Shown here piece after piece: positions 20,787 to 30,442 of a stretch of DNA of 64,000 bases. Numbering within the stretch: the first letter of the stretch is position 1; each line of letters starts with the position of its first letter. This DNA comes from an uncultured delta proteobacterium (GTDB lineage Bacteria > Myxococcota > Myxococcia > Myxococcales > Anaeromyxobacteraceae). Where the stretch lies: assembly GCA_963766715.1 (NCBI GenBank), contig CAVYBH010000012.1, positions 1 through 64,000 on the forward strand, written 5' to 3'. Below the pieces are notes generated by a model, which saw only the letters and a list, made by a program, of their open reading frames with translations, was not told where the DNA came from and did no database searches. The translations under genes were made by a program, and so were the position numbers.

Positions 20787-20962
20787 CCGCGACTCGCTCG
20801 TCGCACTGCGGTGTCGAGGCGACCCTCCCAAGCGGTTCTTGACGCCCCGATCTTCTCGAATCCGGGCACGACCGGTACTGGCGAGCACCGGTTGCTCCGG
20901 CTAAGCCGCGCCCCAGGAGCGGTGGTCGAGCGACGGCCACCCGGAACGAGGAGGAGTGACGG

Positions 20963-22675
20963 TCAGTCCGCTCCACCGACGTACGTCACACCGACGACGC
21001 GAACCGGGTCCGAGGTCGTGGTTTCCATCTCGACTGGATGTGTCCCTTGCGCGAGGTCGTCCGCGATGAGCACGGAGTGAAAGTAGAGGGAGAGGCCATC
21101 CTGCCTGGTCGGATAGGTCACGCTGCTCTCGGTCGCGGACCCTCGATCGATCAGGACCTTCACAGTCCCACCCGAGGCGCTATCGACGTAGAAGTGGGCC
21201 CAGACCTGGCCTCTCCCTTTGGAGCGGAAGGCGGGGAACGCAAGCCGCGCGCCGCTGGAAGCGACCACGTTGCCGGCATCGGGGAGCCCAGCGACCCGAT
21301 GCAGCGGGCTCTTGTACGGACCCGTGCTCGAGATGAGAGATGTATCCATCGCCCAGGTACCGCTGACGGGAGAGCCGAAGAGGTAGTTCTCCACCTTGCC
21401 CTCGATTTCCGGGATGGCGTCGTTCATGGTCCTTGTCTCGTGGTAGGCGCTGACGAGGGCGGCAGCGATGAGCGCTGAACCCGTGCCATAGGTCGGGTGC
21501 GCAACGTCTCGCATGAGCTGCCTGATGGAATACGTCCCGGGTGCCAAGGACAGGAACGAGGAGTACGTATCGACAAGACCCACGTTCCATCGGGATGCGA
21601 CACCCACCATGGCGTCTCGATACCCATTGGCTGTAGCCAAGTCGGACAGATCCCAAGCGCTGTAGTCCGCCTTCGGCCAGGGGGGGCAGTTCCCCAGGAC
21701 GATCTTCGTCGCCCGCGCCTGGTAGACGATCCGGTCCAACGCCCTTCGATATGCCTGTACGGGTTCTCCAGGCCCCCCGGCGTCGTTGCGCATGAACTCC
21801 ACGAAGATTGCATTGAACATCTCGAGGGGGTGGCCTCGCTGCTTCTCGCGCCACTGGCCAGCATCGAAGGCAAACGTCGCGTCGGCAAGCTCGAAGAGGC
21901 CAGCGCCGACCGTGTTCCCCCCGTAGGTGCCGAAGTCGTACATCGGTGCGGCCGGCGCCAGCATCTCGTCGACCGTTGGGTAGAGCGCGCCAAGGTCATC
22001 CGGTTGATTCCAGATGGAATCGGAGAGAACCAGGAAATCCAGGGAATTGGAGTGGGCTGGAACGAGCGTGGCCGTATCCGTCACGCTGAAGTGCCCCACG
22101 ACCCAGTTTCCCGATCCGACGCCTGCCGCCCCGCCGACGTAGATCGTCGCCGGCATCTGGCTCATGGAGCCCAGGCCCGTGCCGGAAACGCGTTCCGTGA
22201 TCGGGTGATGCACGTGTTTCACTAAACGTGGATAGTCGCCGTCGATCTGGAGGTAGGGCGTGCCGTCCCTCACGCCTGCCGAAATGGCGTGATCCGTTCC
22301 AGGTGCGAAGTCGTGGAATACCTGAAACTGCTTCATCGCCCCGGCCGCGTCGAATACCCGAAGCATCAGGGAATCCGGAACCGAGGCATCGGCTTCGTGG
22401 TGTGAGACCAGTCCGGCCGTGTTGGGTTCGCCGAACACGCCCATCGACCAGAGCGCCGAGTCCCCGAGTGCGGGGTCGCCCCACGGGCGTCCCCTGGCAG
22501 GACGCACTCGCACTTGAACGCCCCATTCCTGCTGCGACGAGAGGAGCGGATTGGGCATGCGGACCACCTCGCTGGCTGGGTCCGACAGGCTGGACGAGGA
22601 CCCGCAGGCCGCTGCGCTGGCCAAGGTGAGCAGGGCGAGGGACATTGCCAGCCTGTTCATCATCACGCGGGACAC
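20963..22675 (-). CDS. Lipoprotein with beta-sandwich domain and divergent SGNH/GDSL hydrolase domain
   Basis: Lipobox AAAC; blocks LVLSDSIW, YGGNT, EFMRND, RDVAHP. Confidence 0.65.
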   Translation of the reverse strand: MSRVMMNRLAMSLALLTLASAAACGSSSSLSDPASEVVRMPNPLLSSQQEWGVQVRVRPARGRPWGDPALGDSALWSMGVFGEPNTAGLVSHHEADASVPDSLMLRVFDAAGAMKQFQVFHDFAPGTDHAISAGVRDGTPYLQIDGDYPRLVKHVHHPITERVSGTGLGSMSQMPATIYVGGAAGVGSGNWVVGHFSVTDTATLVPAHSNSLDFLVLSDSIWNQPDDLGALYPTVDEMLAPAAPMYDFGTYGGNTVGAGLFELADATFAFDAGQWREKQRGHPLEMFNAIFVEFMRNDAGGPGEPVQAYRRALDRIVYQARATKIVLGNCPPWPKADYSAWDLSDLATANGYRDAMVGVASRWNVGLVDTYSSFLSLAPGTYSIRQLMRDVAHPTYGTGSALIAAALVSAYHETRTMNDAIPEIEGKVENYLFGSPVSGTWAMDTSLISSTGPYKSPLHRVAGLPDAGNVVASSGARLAFPAFRSKGRGQVWAHFYVDSASGGTVKVLIDRGSATESSVTYPTRQDGLSLYFHSVLIADDLAQGTHPVEMETTTSDPVRVVGVTYVGGAD

Positions 22676-22882
22676 GCTATCTCCGTCAGCCTGGGCGACG
22701 TGCGCACTGGTTGGCCACCCGGAGTGCCATTCGTGAGCTGCCCCTACGGCGAATGGTCATGTTCGGCTCGGAGATCAGCGTATCAGCAGCAGGGACGCGG
22801 ACCACGAGTGGATTCTTGGGTCCCTGGACCAAGCCGCCACCGGGCTGGGACCCCACGCATTTCGCCTGTGTAGACGCCGCCG

Positions 22883-22921
22883 AAGAAGAAAAGGCCCCAG
22901 GTCTTCGGGACCTGGAGCCTT
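22883..22921 (-). terminator. Intrinsic terminator of tRNA-Arg
   Basis: AAGGCTCCAGGTC-CCGAA-GACCTGGGGCCTTTTCTTCTT on the minus strand. Confidence 0.85.
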
Positions 22922-22939
22922 CGGTGCTGGGTGACAGAT

Positions 22940-23016
22940 TGGCGCGCGGTACAGGATTCGAACCTGTGGCCCTCAGCTCCGGAGGCTGATGCTCTATCCA
23001 GCTGAGCTAACCGCGC
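22940..23016 (-). tRNA. tRNA-Arg(CCG)
   Basis: 77-nt cloverleaf: acceptor GCGCGGT/ACCGCGC, anticodon loop CTCCGGA, T-loop TTCGAAT, encoded CCA. Confidence 0.98.
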
Positions 23017-23079
23017 GAACGCCCGCGTATCTATTGCACGTCCGTCCGAAAGGCAAGGAGCATCCCTCGCCCCCCGAGG

Positions 23080-24537
23080 TCACGGGCAGGGGAGCCCACG
23101 CAGAGCCTCGGGCGCGGTCCTGAGCCAGGCGAGCGCCGCGTCGCGCAGGCGCAGTTCGGTTCGAACGGTGACGGAGCCCGGCGGAAGGCGATTCACCACC
23201 CGCTTCACGCCGTCGCCTCCCGCCGCGAGGAACTCGTTCATGGCCACGGCGTATGTCCGGGCGGGATCGATGGCGACGCCCGCACACGTGGTCGCCACCG
23301 TGCCGTCGAAGACGATCCCGGCCACCTGGGGGACCTCGCGGCGCCAGGTGGAGAGGACCCGGAGCGCGTCGAGGAGATCGGCGCCCCTCATCCTCACGAC
23401 GGCCAGGCCGTCGTCGAAGGGCATGGCCTCGTACACCTGGCCGTAGCGCAGCTCGCCCGCGGGCAAGGTCGCGCGCAGCGCGCCCGCGTTCACGAGCCCG
23501 ATCTCCGCGCCCATCGCCGACCGGGCGGCCTGCGCCGCCGTGGCCCCCAGCGGGGAGACCTTGTCGCGCCCCCGGCCGAGCGAGCGCGAGAGCCGCACGC
23601 CGGTGTCCCGCTGCCGCTCGGCGTCGGCGCGGGCGAGGAAGGGAGCGACCACCGCCTGGACCGAGGGGTCGACGCTGGCGGCGCCGCCACCCTTGCCGTC
23701 CCCTGGCCGCAGCGGGAGATGGAACGTCGCGGGCTCGCCGACGCACAGGGTGAGCCACCCCACCGCCTCGCCCTTGGCGCCCGCCTGGACCAGCGCGACG
23801 CCGTTCACCCGGTGCGAGACGAAGCCGTGCGTGTGTCCGCCCACCATCCCGTCGACGAGCCCGGCAGGCAGCGCACGCGCGAGCGAGAAGAGCTCGCTTC
23901 GCCGGTCGCAGGAGGAGAGGTCGTCGGGCGTGCCGGCCTGCCGGCAGCTTCCGCCCGCGTGGACCAGGCCGATCACCAGGGTCGCGCCGCGCGCCCGGAG
24001 GTCGCGGGCCTGTCGCTCGGCCTCCGCGGCCAGCTTCGCGAAGCGGAGCCCCTCGACGTTCGCCGGCATGGTCTCGCTCGGGGTCGACGGCGTGGAGAGG
24101 CCGAAGACGCCCACGATCGGGCCCCCGGGAAACCGGAACATGCGGCTCGCTTCCAGGTTCGGCCAGGAGGGCATCCGGCCGGTCCTGGCGTCGCGCAGGT
24201 TGGCCGACAGGGTGGGGTAGGGGGCCCCGGCCACTCGCGCACGCAGCGCCTCCTGCCCGAAGTCGAGGTCGTGGTTCCCGAGCGCGGCCGCATCCACTCC
24301 CAGTGCAGCCAGGCCGGCCGAGGCGGCCTCCCCGCGGGACAGCGTGGCCTCGATGGTCCCCTGCGCGGAATCGCCGGCGTCGAGGAGCAGGGAGGCGCCG
24401 CGGGCCCGCACCGCGGCGATCCCGGGGGCGATGCGGGGCAGCTCGGCGACGCGGCCGTGGAGGTCCGAGAGGGAGAGGACCTCGACGCAGGCGGGAGAGG
24501 CTGCGAGGGCGAGGCCCAGGAGGGGGAGGAGGATCAT
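23080..24537 (-). CDS. Secreted bifunctional metallophosphatase/5'-nucleotidase
   Basis: SDLHG, DAGD, GNHDLDFG, GGHTH, NAGALR, FLAAGGDG. Confidence 0.92.
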   Translation of the reverse strand: MILLPLLGLALAASPACVEVLSLSDLHGRVAELPRIAPGIAAVRARGASLLLDAGDSAQGTIEATLSRGEAASAGLAALGVDAAALGNHDLDFGQEALRARVAGAPYPTLSANLRDARTGRMPSWPNLEASRMFRFPGGPIVGVFGLSTPSTPSETMPANVEGLRFAKLAAEAERQARDLRARGATLVIGLVHAGGSCRQAGTPDDLSSCDRRSELFSLARALPAGLVDGMVGGHTHGFVSHRVNGVALVQAGAKGEAVGWLTLCVGEPATFHLPLRPGDGKGGGAASVDPSVQAVVAPFLARADAERQRDTGVRLSRSLGRGRDKVSPLGATAAQAARSAMGAEIGLVNAGALRATLPAGELRYGQVYEAMPFDDGLAVVRMRGADLLDALRVLSTWRREVPQVAGIVFDGTVATTCAGVAIDPARTYAVAMNEFLAAGGDGVKRVVNRLPPGSVTVRTELRLRDAALAWLRTAPEALRGLPCP

Positions 24538-24579
24538 GGCGCCCCCGGACTCTACCAGCCGACCCGGACGTCACCCGGC

Positions 24580-24593
24580 TTGATCCGGATCAG
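24580..24593. promoter_or_regulatory. FNR/Crp-family box
   Basis: TTGAT-CCGG-ATCAG, 9/10 match to TTGAT-N4-ATCAA, upstream of the redox operon. Confidence 0.65.
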
Positions 24594-24674
24594 TCGCTGG
24601 TACGATTTGACGCGCGGCGAAATGATCTGGACCGAGCCGGTGTGTTTCCCTCCGCCCCATCAGGAGGTACGGCG

Positions 24675-24989
24675 ATGGGTCGTGCAGTCGATGACCTCAT
24701 GCGGCTCGTCCGGTCGGGGGTGGCCCCGGAGACCCTGCCGGAGGCTCCGCCCCCGTCCCCACAGGGGCGTCGCCGGTCGGTGCTCCGGATCCTGCTCGCC
24801 CCGGAGGCCCTCCCGGAGGCCCCGCCCCGGGACGGCCGGTCACGGACCTCGCTCCTCTCGCTGCTCTTCCGCCGGGAGGAGCTCCCGCTCGAGCCCGCCC
24901 GGACCCGCACCCGTCGCCCGTGGATCGCCACGTTCTTCGCCACCGAACGCCTCGACCCGCCCGGTGCTTCCGGGCCGGAGGTCCGCTGA
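24675..24989 (+). CDS. Hypothetical tandem-repeat protein (104 aa)
   Basis: AGGAGG RBS; four ~24-aa repeats; TGATG overlap with the next gene. Confidence 0.72.
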   Translation: MGRAVDDLMRLVRSGVAPETLPEAPPPSPQGRRRSVLRILLAPEALPEAPPRDGRSRTSLLSLLFRREELPLEPARTRTRRPWIATFFATERLDPPGASGPEVR

Positions 24990-25453
24990 TGGAGCACTCC
25001 AAGCACGTCTTCCGCATCGTCGTCCTCGTGGTCGTGGTCCTCGCCGTGGTGCTCCTGGCCCGCGGCTTCCTGGTGCCGAAGACCTACGGCCTGTACGGGC
25101 GCTACCGGGGCGGCAACGTCGCCGAGCAGATGAACGCGCGCACGCCGCTGTACGCCGGCGCGGCCGCCTGCGGGGAGTGCCACTCCGACCAGGCCGCCAA
25201 GCGCGCCGCCGGCGCCCACAAGAACGTGAACTGCGAGGTCTGCCACGCCGCGCTGGGCGCGCACGTCAAGGCCGACGGCACGGTGGTGGCGCCCCCGGTC
25301 GACCGCTCGTTCACCCTGTGTGCACGTTGCCACCGCAAGGTGGCGGGGCGCCCGGCCAAGTTCCCGCAGGTGGTCCTGGACCAGCACGTGAACGGGCCGG
25401 TCGAGGGCAAGGTCTGCCTGCAGTGCCACGACCCGCACTCGCCGAAGCCCTGA
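24989..25453 (+). CDS. Membrane-anchored tetraheme cytochrome c
   Basis: N-terminal TM; CGECH, CEVCH, CARCH, CLQCH. Confidence 0.92.
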   Translation: MEHSKHVFRIVVLVVVVLAVVLLARGFLVPKTYGLYGRYRGGNVAEQMNARTPLYAGAAACGECHSDQAAKRAAGAHKNVNCEVCHAALGAHVKADGTVVAPPVDRSFTLCARCHRKVAGRPAKFPQVVLDQHVNGPVEGKVCLQCHDPHSPKP

Positions 25454-25464
25454 CCGAGGAGATC

Positions 25465-26241
25465 ATGTCCGACAACCACGATGGCTGTGATTCGAGCCGG
25501 CGCGACTTCATCTCCTTCACCCTGCGCCTGACCGGCGGGGCGGTGGTGATGGTGGCGGGAGCGCCGGCCCTGGGCTCCTCCGAGGCCCCCAAGGTCGACG
25601 CGCAGGCGTACGACTGGAACGAGCACCTCTGGGCCTACCTGGTCGACACGACGAAGTGCATCGGCTGCGGGTCCTGCGCGCGGGCCTGCAAGGCCGAGAA
25701 CGACGTGCCGGACGGCTTCTTCCGCACCTGGATCGAGCGCTACGTGGTGGGCACCGAGGAGACCCACGTCGACTCGCCCAACGGCGGCATGGACGGGTTC
25801 GCGCCGCTGCAGGTCGGGTTCGCCGCCAACAAGGAGTTCTTCGTCCCCAAGATCTGCAACCACTGCCGGGCCACGCCCTGCACGCAGGTCTGCCCGGTGG
25901 GGGCCTCCTACCGGACCCGGGACGGCGTCGTCCTGGTGGACGCGGAGAGCTGCATCGGCTGCGGCTACTGCGTCCAGGCCTGCCCGTACGGCAGCCGGTT
26001 CATCCACCCGGCCACGCACACCGCCTCGAAGTGCACCTGGTGCTACCACCGCATCACCAAGGGGCTGAAGCCGGCCTGCGTCACCGTGTGTCCGACCCAG
26101 GCCCGCCAGTTCGGCGATCTCAAGAAGGACGGCGACCCGGTCCGGAGGGTCGTGGAGCACGAGCGCGTCCAGATCCTCCAGGGCCACCTGCTCACCGAGC
26201 CGCAGTGCTACTACACCCACCTCGACAAGGAGGTCCGGTGA
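25465..26241 (+). CDS. Tat-exported 4Fe-4S dicluster protein (NrfC/TtrB/DsrO-like)
   Basis: SRRDFI; CIGCGSCARAC, CNHC..PCTQVCP, CIGCGYCVQACP, CTWC..PACVTVCP. Confidence 0.93.
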   Translation: MSDNHDGCDSSRRDFISFTLRLTGGAVVMVAGAPALGSSEAPKVDAQAYDWNEHLWAYLVDTTKCIGCGSCARACKAENDVPDGFFRTWIERYVVGTEETHVDSPNGGMDGFAPLQVGFAANKEFFVPKICNHCRATPCTQVCPVGASYRTRDGVVLVDAESCIGCGYCVQACPYGSRFIHPATHTASKCTWCYHRITKGLKPACVTVCPTQARQFGDLKKDGDPVRRVVEHERVQILQGHLLTEPQCYYTHLDKEVR

Positions 26242-27470
26242 TGCCCGAGATCACCGGTTTCTCGTTCCCCAACGACATCCACGTCACGTGGAGCCTGATG
26301 ATCGTCATGTACCCGTACATCACCGGGTTCGTGGCCGGCTCCTTCATCGTGACCTCGCTCTACCACCTCTTCGATCGCCAGGAGTTCAAGCCGGTGGCGC
26401 GGCTCGCCATGGCGACCTCCTTCGCCTTCCTGCTCGTGGCCTCGCTCCCGCTCCAGCTCCACCTGGGACAGCCGCAGCGCGGCCCCTTCGTCATCGTCAC
26501 GCCCAACTTCACGTCGGCCATGGCGGGGTTCGGGATCCTCTACTCCTTCTACCTGCTGGTCCTGGTGCTCGAGCTCTGGTTCGTCTGGCGCCCCGAGATC
26601 ATCGATCGAGCCAAGCGCAGCCGCGGCTTCCGGCGGGCCTTCTACTCGACCCTCGCCCTGCGGACCTACGACCTCTCGCCCGGGGCCCTCGAGGTCGACC
26701 ACAAGGCCATCAAGATCCTCGCCGGCATCGGCCTCCCGGCCGCCTGCATGCTCCACGGCTACGTCGGCTTCATCTTCGGCGCCATCAAGGCCAACCCCTG
26801 GTGGTCGACGCCGCTCATGCCGGTCATCTTCCTCCTGTCGGCGGCGGTCTCGGGCATCGCGCTGCTCATCCTCCTCTACCAGGTGTTCGCGCGGATCGAC
26901 GGCCGCCCGGTGGTGGCCACCTGCGTCTCGGCGCTGGCGAGCTGGCTCTGGTTCTTCCTCATCCTCACCATCACGCTCGAGGAGCTGGAGCTCATCGTGA
27001 TGGCCTACGAGAAGTCGGAGTCGTGGCTCATCATCTCCGAGCTGCTCACCACCCGGCTCTCCTTCTCGTACGTGACCATGCAGATGATCGTGGGCGGCCT
27101 CATCCCGCTCATCCTGCTCGCCGTGGTCGTGCTCATGAACCGGTACCTGCACGACAAGGTGCGCAACACGCTGGCCACGGTCGCGGCGCTCCTCTGCCTC
27201 GTCCAGGTCTTCTCGATGCGATGGAACATCGTCATCGGGGGGCAGCTGCTCTCCAAGTCGCTGCGCGGGCTCCGGTCGCCCTACGAGCCGGAGATCTTCG
27301 GCCGGGAAGGGGTGCTGATGGCCATCGCGCTCTTCGTCGCACCCTTCGTGATCCTCTACGTCTTCGATCGCCTGCTGGGGATCGAGGAGCCGGAAGCGTC
27401 CGCCGGCGCCGGGCACGGGCCGACCGCCGAACCGGCCGTCGCCGCGCCCGCCGGAAGCCACGTACCGTGA
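26241..27470 (+). CDS. NrfD/PsrC family quinol-interacting membrane protein
   Basis: WSLMIVMYPYITG, LHLGQPQR, TSAM, HGYVGFIF, MRWNIVIGGQ. Confidence 0.92.
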   Translation: MPEITGFSFPNDIHVTWSLMIVMYPYITGFVAGSFIVTSLYHLFDRQEFKPVARLAMATSFAFLLVASLPLQLHLGQPQRGPFVIVTPNFTSAMAGFGILYSFYLLVLVLELWFVWRPEIIDRAKRSRGFRRAFYSTLALRTYDLSPGALEVDHKAIKILAGIGLPAACMLHGYVGFIFGAIKANPWWSTPLMPVIFLLSAAVSGIALLILLYQVFARIDGRPVVATCVSALASWLWFFLILTITLEELELIVMAYEKSESWLIISELLTTRLSFSYVTMQMIVGGLIPLILLAVVVLMNRYLHDKVRNTLATVAALLCLVQVFSMRWNIVIGGQLLSKSLRGLRSPYEPEIFGREGVLMAIALFVAPFVILYVFDRLLGIEEPEASAGAGHGPTAEPAVAAPAGSHVP

Positions 27471-27510
27471 GGCCGGGCGCGCCCAGGCGCGCCCAGGTCA
27501 GGAGGAGCAC

Positions 27511-29275
27511 ATGTCCGGGACGTCGCCGAACCTCGACGCGAGGCTGGAGGAGCTGGTGCAGGCCGTGGCGCGCCTCGAGGGGCGCGTCGCTGCGCTGGAG
27601 AAGGCACCGCCCGCCACCCGGAGGGCTCCCGCCGCGGCGCAGGCACGGCCCGCCGCTGGAGGGGAGGAGGCGTGGGACTCGGCGCAGGTGACGCGGGTCC
27701 TCTCGCTGGGCGGGCGCACGCTGCTCGTGCTCGCCGGCGCCTTCGTGCTGCGGGCGCTCACCGATTCCGGGAAGCTGCCGGCCTGGATCGGGGTGGCGCT
27801 GGGATTCGGCTACGCGGGCGCCTGGATCGTCATGGCCGACCGGGCCGGCAAGGCGGGGCAGACGCTCTCCGCCGCCTTCTACGCGGCCTCGGTGGTCGTC
27901 ATCGGATTCCCCCTGCTCTTCGAGGGAGCGACGCGCTTCAAGCTCTTCTCGCCGATCGGGGCGGCGGCCGTCCTGGCGGCGCTCAGCGGGGTGGCGCTGC
28001 TCCTCGCCGCGCGCCGGGGCCTGCACGCCATGGCCTGGCTGGTGTCGCTGGGCGGCATCGCCACCGCGCTCGCGCTCATGGCTGCCTCGGGCCGGCTCCT
28101 GCCGGGCACGATCTTCGTCATCGCCCTCGGCGCGGCGACCCTCTGGATCGGCTACGTCCGCGACTGGACGCTCCTGCGCTGGCCGGTCGCGCTGGTGGCG
28201 GACCTCCTGGTGCTGCTCGTCGCGATCCACGCGGCCGACCCGGGAACCGCGGAGGGGCCGGGCGCCGCGCTCCTCGTGCAGTCGGCGCTGGTGGCGTTCT
28301 TCCTGGGCAGCTTCGCGACCCGGACCCTCTACATGGGCCGCAAGGTCGTGCCGTTCGAGATGATCCAGACGGCGGCGGTCATCGCGGTCGGGATCGGGGG
28401 AGCGGTATGGGTGGCGATCCGCTCCGGGCTCGGGCAGGTCGGGTTCGGCGTGGCCTCGGTGATCTTCGGCGCGGCCTCCTACGCGGTGGCGTTCGCGTTC
28501 GTGGAGCGCCGGCAGAAGATCAAGGAGAACTTCTACTTCTACACGTCGGTCGCCATCGTCTTCCTGCTCGCGGGCACGGCGCTGCTGCTCGGCGAGCCGG
28601 CGCGCTCGCTCGCCTGGGCCATCCTGGCGCTCGGGTTCGGCGTCCTGGCGCTGCGCCAGCGGAGCCGGACCATCGCCACCCACTCGGCCGTCTATTCGCT
28701 CGGCGCCATGCTCGGCAGCGGGTTGCTCGGCGGGTCCACCTCCGCGCTCTTCGTGGGCTCGTCCGTCACCTGGAGGCCGGGCGCGGCGATCGTGGTCGTG
28801 CTCCTCGTCGTGGCCGGCAGCGCCTGGCTGGCGAGCCGCGTCGCGCGGAGCAGCCCGCTCGAGCGCATCCCGCCCCTCGTCGTCTACCTCGTCGTCGCGC
28901 TCGGGGTCGCCGGGCTGGCGGTCGCCTGGCTCGAGCCGGCGGTCGCGGGAACGGGACCGGGCGCGAGCCCGGGGGCGCTCGCCACGCTGCGCACCATCGC
29001 GCTCGTCGTCACGGCGGTGGCGCTCGCCTGGATGGGCCGGATCGCCGTCGCTGCTCGAGGCCGGGTGGCTCGCCTATCCGCTGCTCGGGGTCACGGGCCT
29101 GAAGATCCTGCTCGAGGACCTGCCCCGCGGGCGGCCGGCCACGCTCATCCTCGCGTTCGCCTTCTACGGAGGGGCGCTGATCCTGGTTCCCCGGATCCGC
29201 GGCCGCAGGAAGCCTGGCGACGCTGCCAGGGGCGCCAAGGAAGCGGGCGCCGCCAGCGGGTCCGGGCCGATGTGA
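27511..29275 (+). CDS. Polytopic membrane protein, DUF2339-like (frameshift near 29050)
   Basis: N-terminal coiled coil LEGRVAALE; many TM helices; after the shift GLKILLEDL. Confidence 0.7.
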
Positions 29276-29348
29276 CGCGTGGAGTCAACCAGAAAGGGGC
29301 AGGGGCGGTTGAAACGACCCAATCGGGCGTGCTAATCACCGCGCCCCG

Positions 29349-30050
29349 ATGATCCACTCCTTCTCGGACCTCCTGAAGCTGGGCGCGCTCGTCGGCGCTG
29401 CCCTCTCCGTCCTCATCATCATCTGGTACCTCGCCATCCGGCCGCCGCTCGGCCGACTGGCCAAGGTCATGCTCTTCTTCGGTCTTGGGGTCTTCCCGGC
29501 CGGCGTGGCGCTCATGGGGAACATCGCCGGCTTCGAGTACACGAAGACGCGCCAGTTCTGCGGCTCCTGCCACGTGATGGGTCCCTACGTCCGGGACGCC
29601 GGCGACGAGAAGTCGGGGAGCCTGGCGTCGGCCCACAGCCGCAACAAGTGGTTCGGCCACGACAGCTGCTACACCTGCCACGCCGACTACGGGATGTTCG
29701 GCGCGGTGAGCACGAAGGTGAACGGGATGAAGCACCTGTTCCACTACGTGACCGACTACGCCAACACCGGTCCGGACGGCGAGGGCGGAAAGCCGCTCAA
29801 GCTCTACAAGCGCCAGGACATGGAGGCGAAGCGGATCACCGAGGAGCAGTTCACCAAGCAGGTGAACGGCGTCTGCACCCAGTGCCACTCCACGCAGGAT
29901 CCCATCTGGCTCGCCGCCGGCGGCCACCAGGGCGTCGTCACCGACGTCCAGGCGGACAAGGCGCTGTGCATCGACTGCCACGGAGACATCCATCCGCTGG
30001 CGCTCCACCGCCGCCCGAAGCAGGCGATGGCGAAGGAGGCGAAGCCGTGA
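29349..30050 (+). CDS. NapC/NirT-like tetraheme cytochrome c
   Basis: Two TM helices; FCGSCHVM, CYTCH, CTQCH, CIDCH. Confidence 0.88.
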   Translation: MIHSFSDLLKLGALVGAALSVLIIIWYLAIRPPLGRLAKVMLFFGLGVFPAGVALMGNIAGFEYTKTRQFCGSCHVMGPYVRDAGDEKSGSLASAHSRNKWFGHDSCYTCHADYGMFGAVSTKVNGMKHLFHYVTDYANTGPDGEGGKPLKLYKRQDMEAKRITEEQFTKQVNGVCTQCHSTQDPIWLAAGGHQGVVTDVQADKALCIDCHGDIHPLALHRRPKQAMAKEAKP

Positions 30051-30310
30051 AGCACATCCAGGTGAAGAGGCTCACGTACGTCGCCGCCGTGGGGACCCTC
30101 GTCTCGGTCGCCCTGATGTCCTCGGCCCTGCTCTTCCCGGGCCCCTTCCTGCTCGTCGTCGCCATGAGCGTCGGGCAGGGGATCGGCATCCTCGCGCTCT
30201 CGCTCTTCCTGCTCGCCATCGCCCTCGACCTGAACATCGGCGGGGCCCTGGTCGACAACGTCGACGAGCAGATCCAGGCGGTCCGGGAAGACGAGTCGCA
30301 CGAGAAGTGA
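30047..30310 (+). CDS. Small two-TM membrane protein
   Basis: AGGAGG RBS; GTGA overlap with the cytochrome gene. Confidence 0.7.
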   Translation: MKHIQVKRLTYVAAVGTLVSVALMSSALLFPGPFLLVVAMSVGQGIGILALSLFLLAIALDLNIGGALVDNVDEQIQAVREDESHEK

Positions 30311-30442
30311 CCGTCGCGCCCCTCGGGGGGCGGCGGACGCGACCCTTCCCGGTGTGGCGGAGCGCGCGTCGGTGGAGTACCCTGCTCACGGTACGCGCGG
30401 AGCCAGTGTGCATCGGTGCGCCAAGTGCACGGGAGAGACTGA

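Larger units (their letters stand above)
20530..22882. mobile_element. Remnant genomic island at tRNA-Arg (no integrase seen)
   Basis: Flanked by the tRNA 3'-end repeats; visibly more A/T-ending codons than neighbouring genes. Confidence 0.6.

Noticed and set aside
22680..22880. GEMM-I (c-di-GMP/cGAMP) riboswitch upstream of the island lipoprotein
   Set aside because: No GAAA tetraloop/receptor or GCAAA core recognised on either strand.
27475..27497. Short tandem GGCGCGCCCAGG duplication
   Set aside because: Too short and GC-rich to be meaningful.
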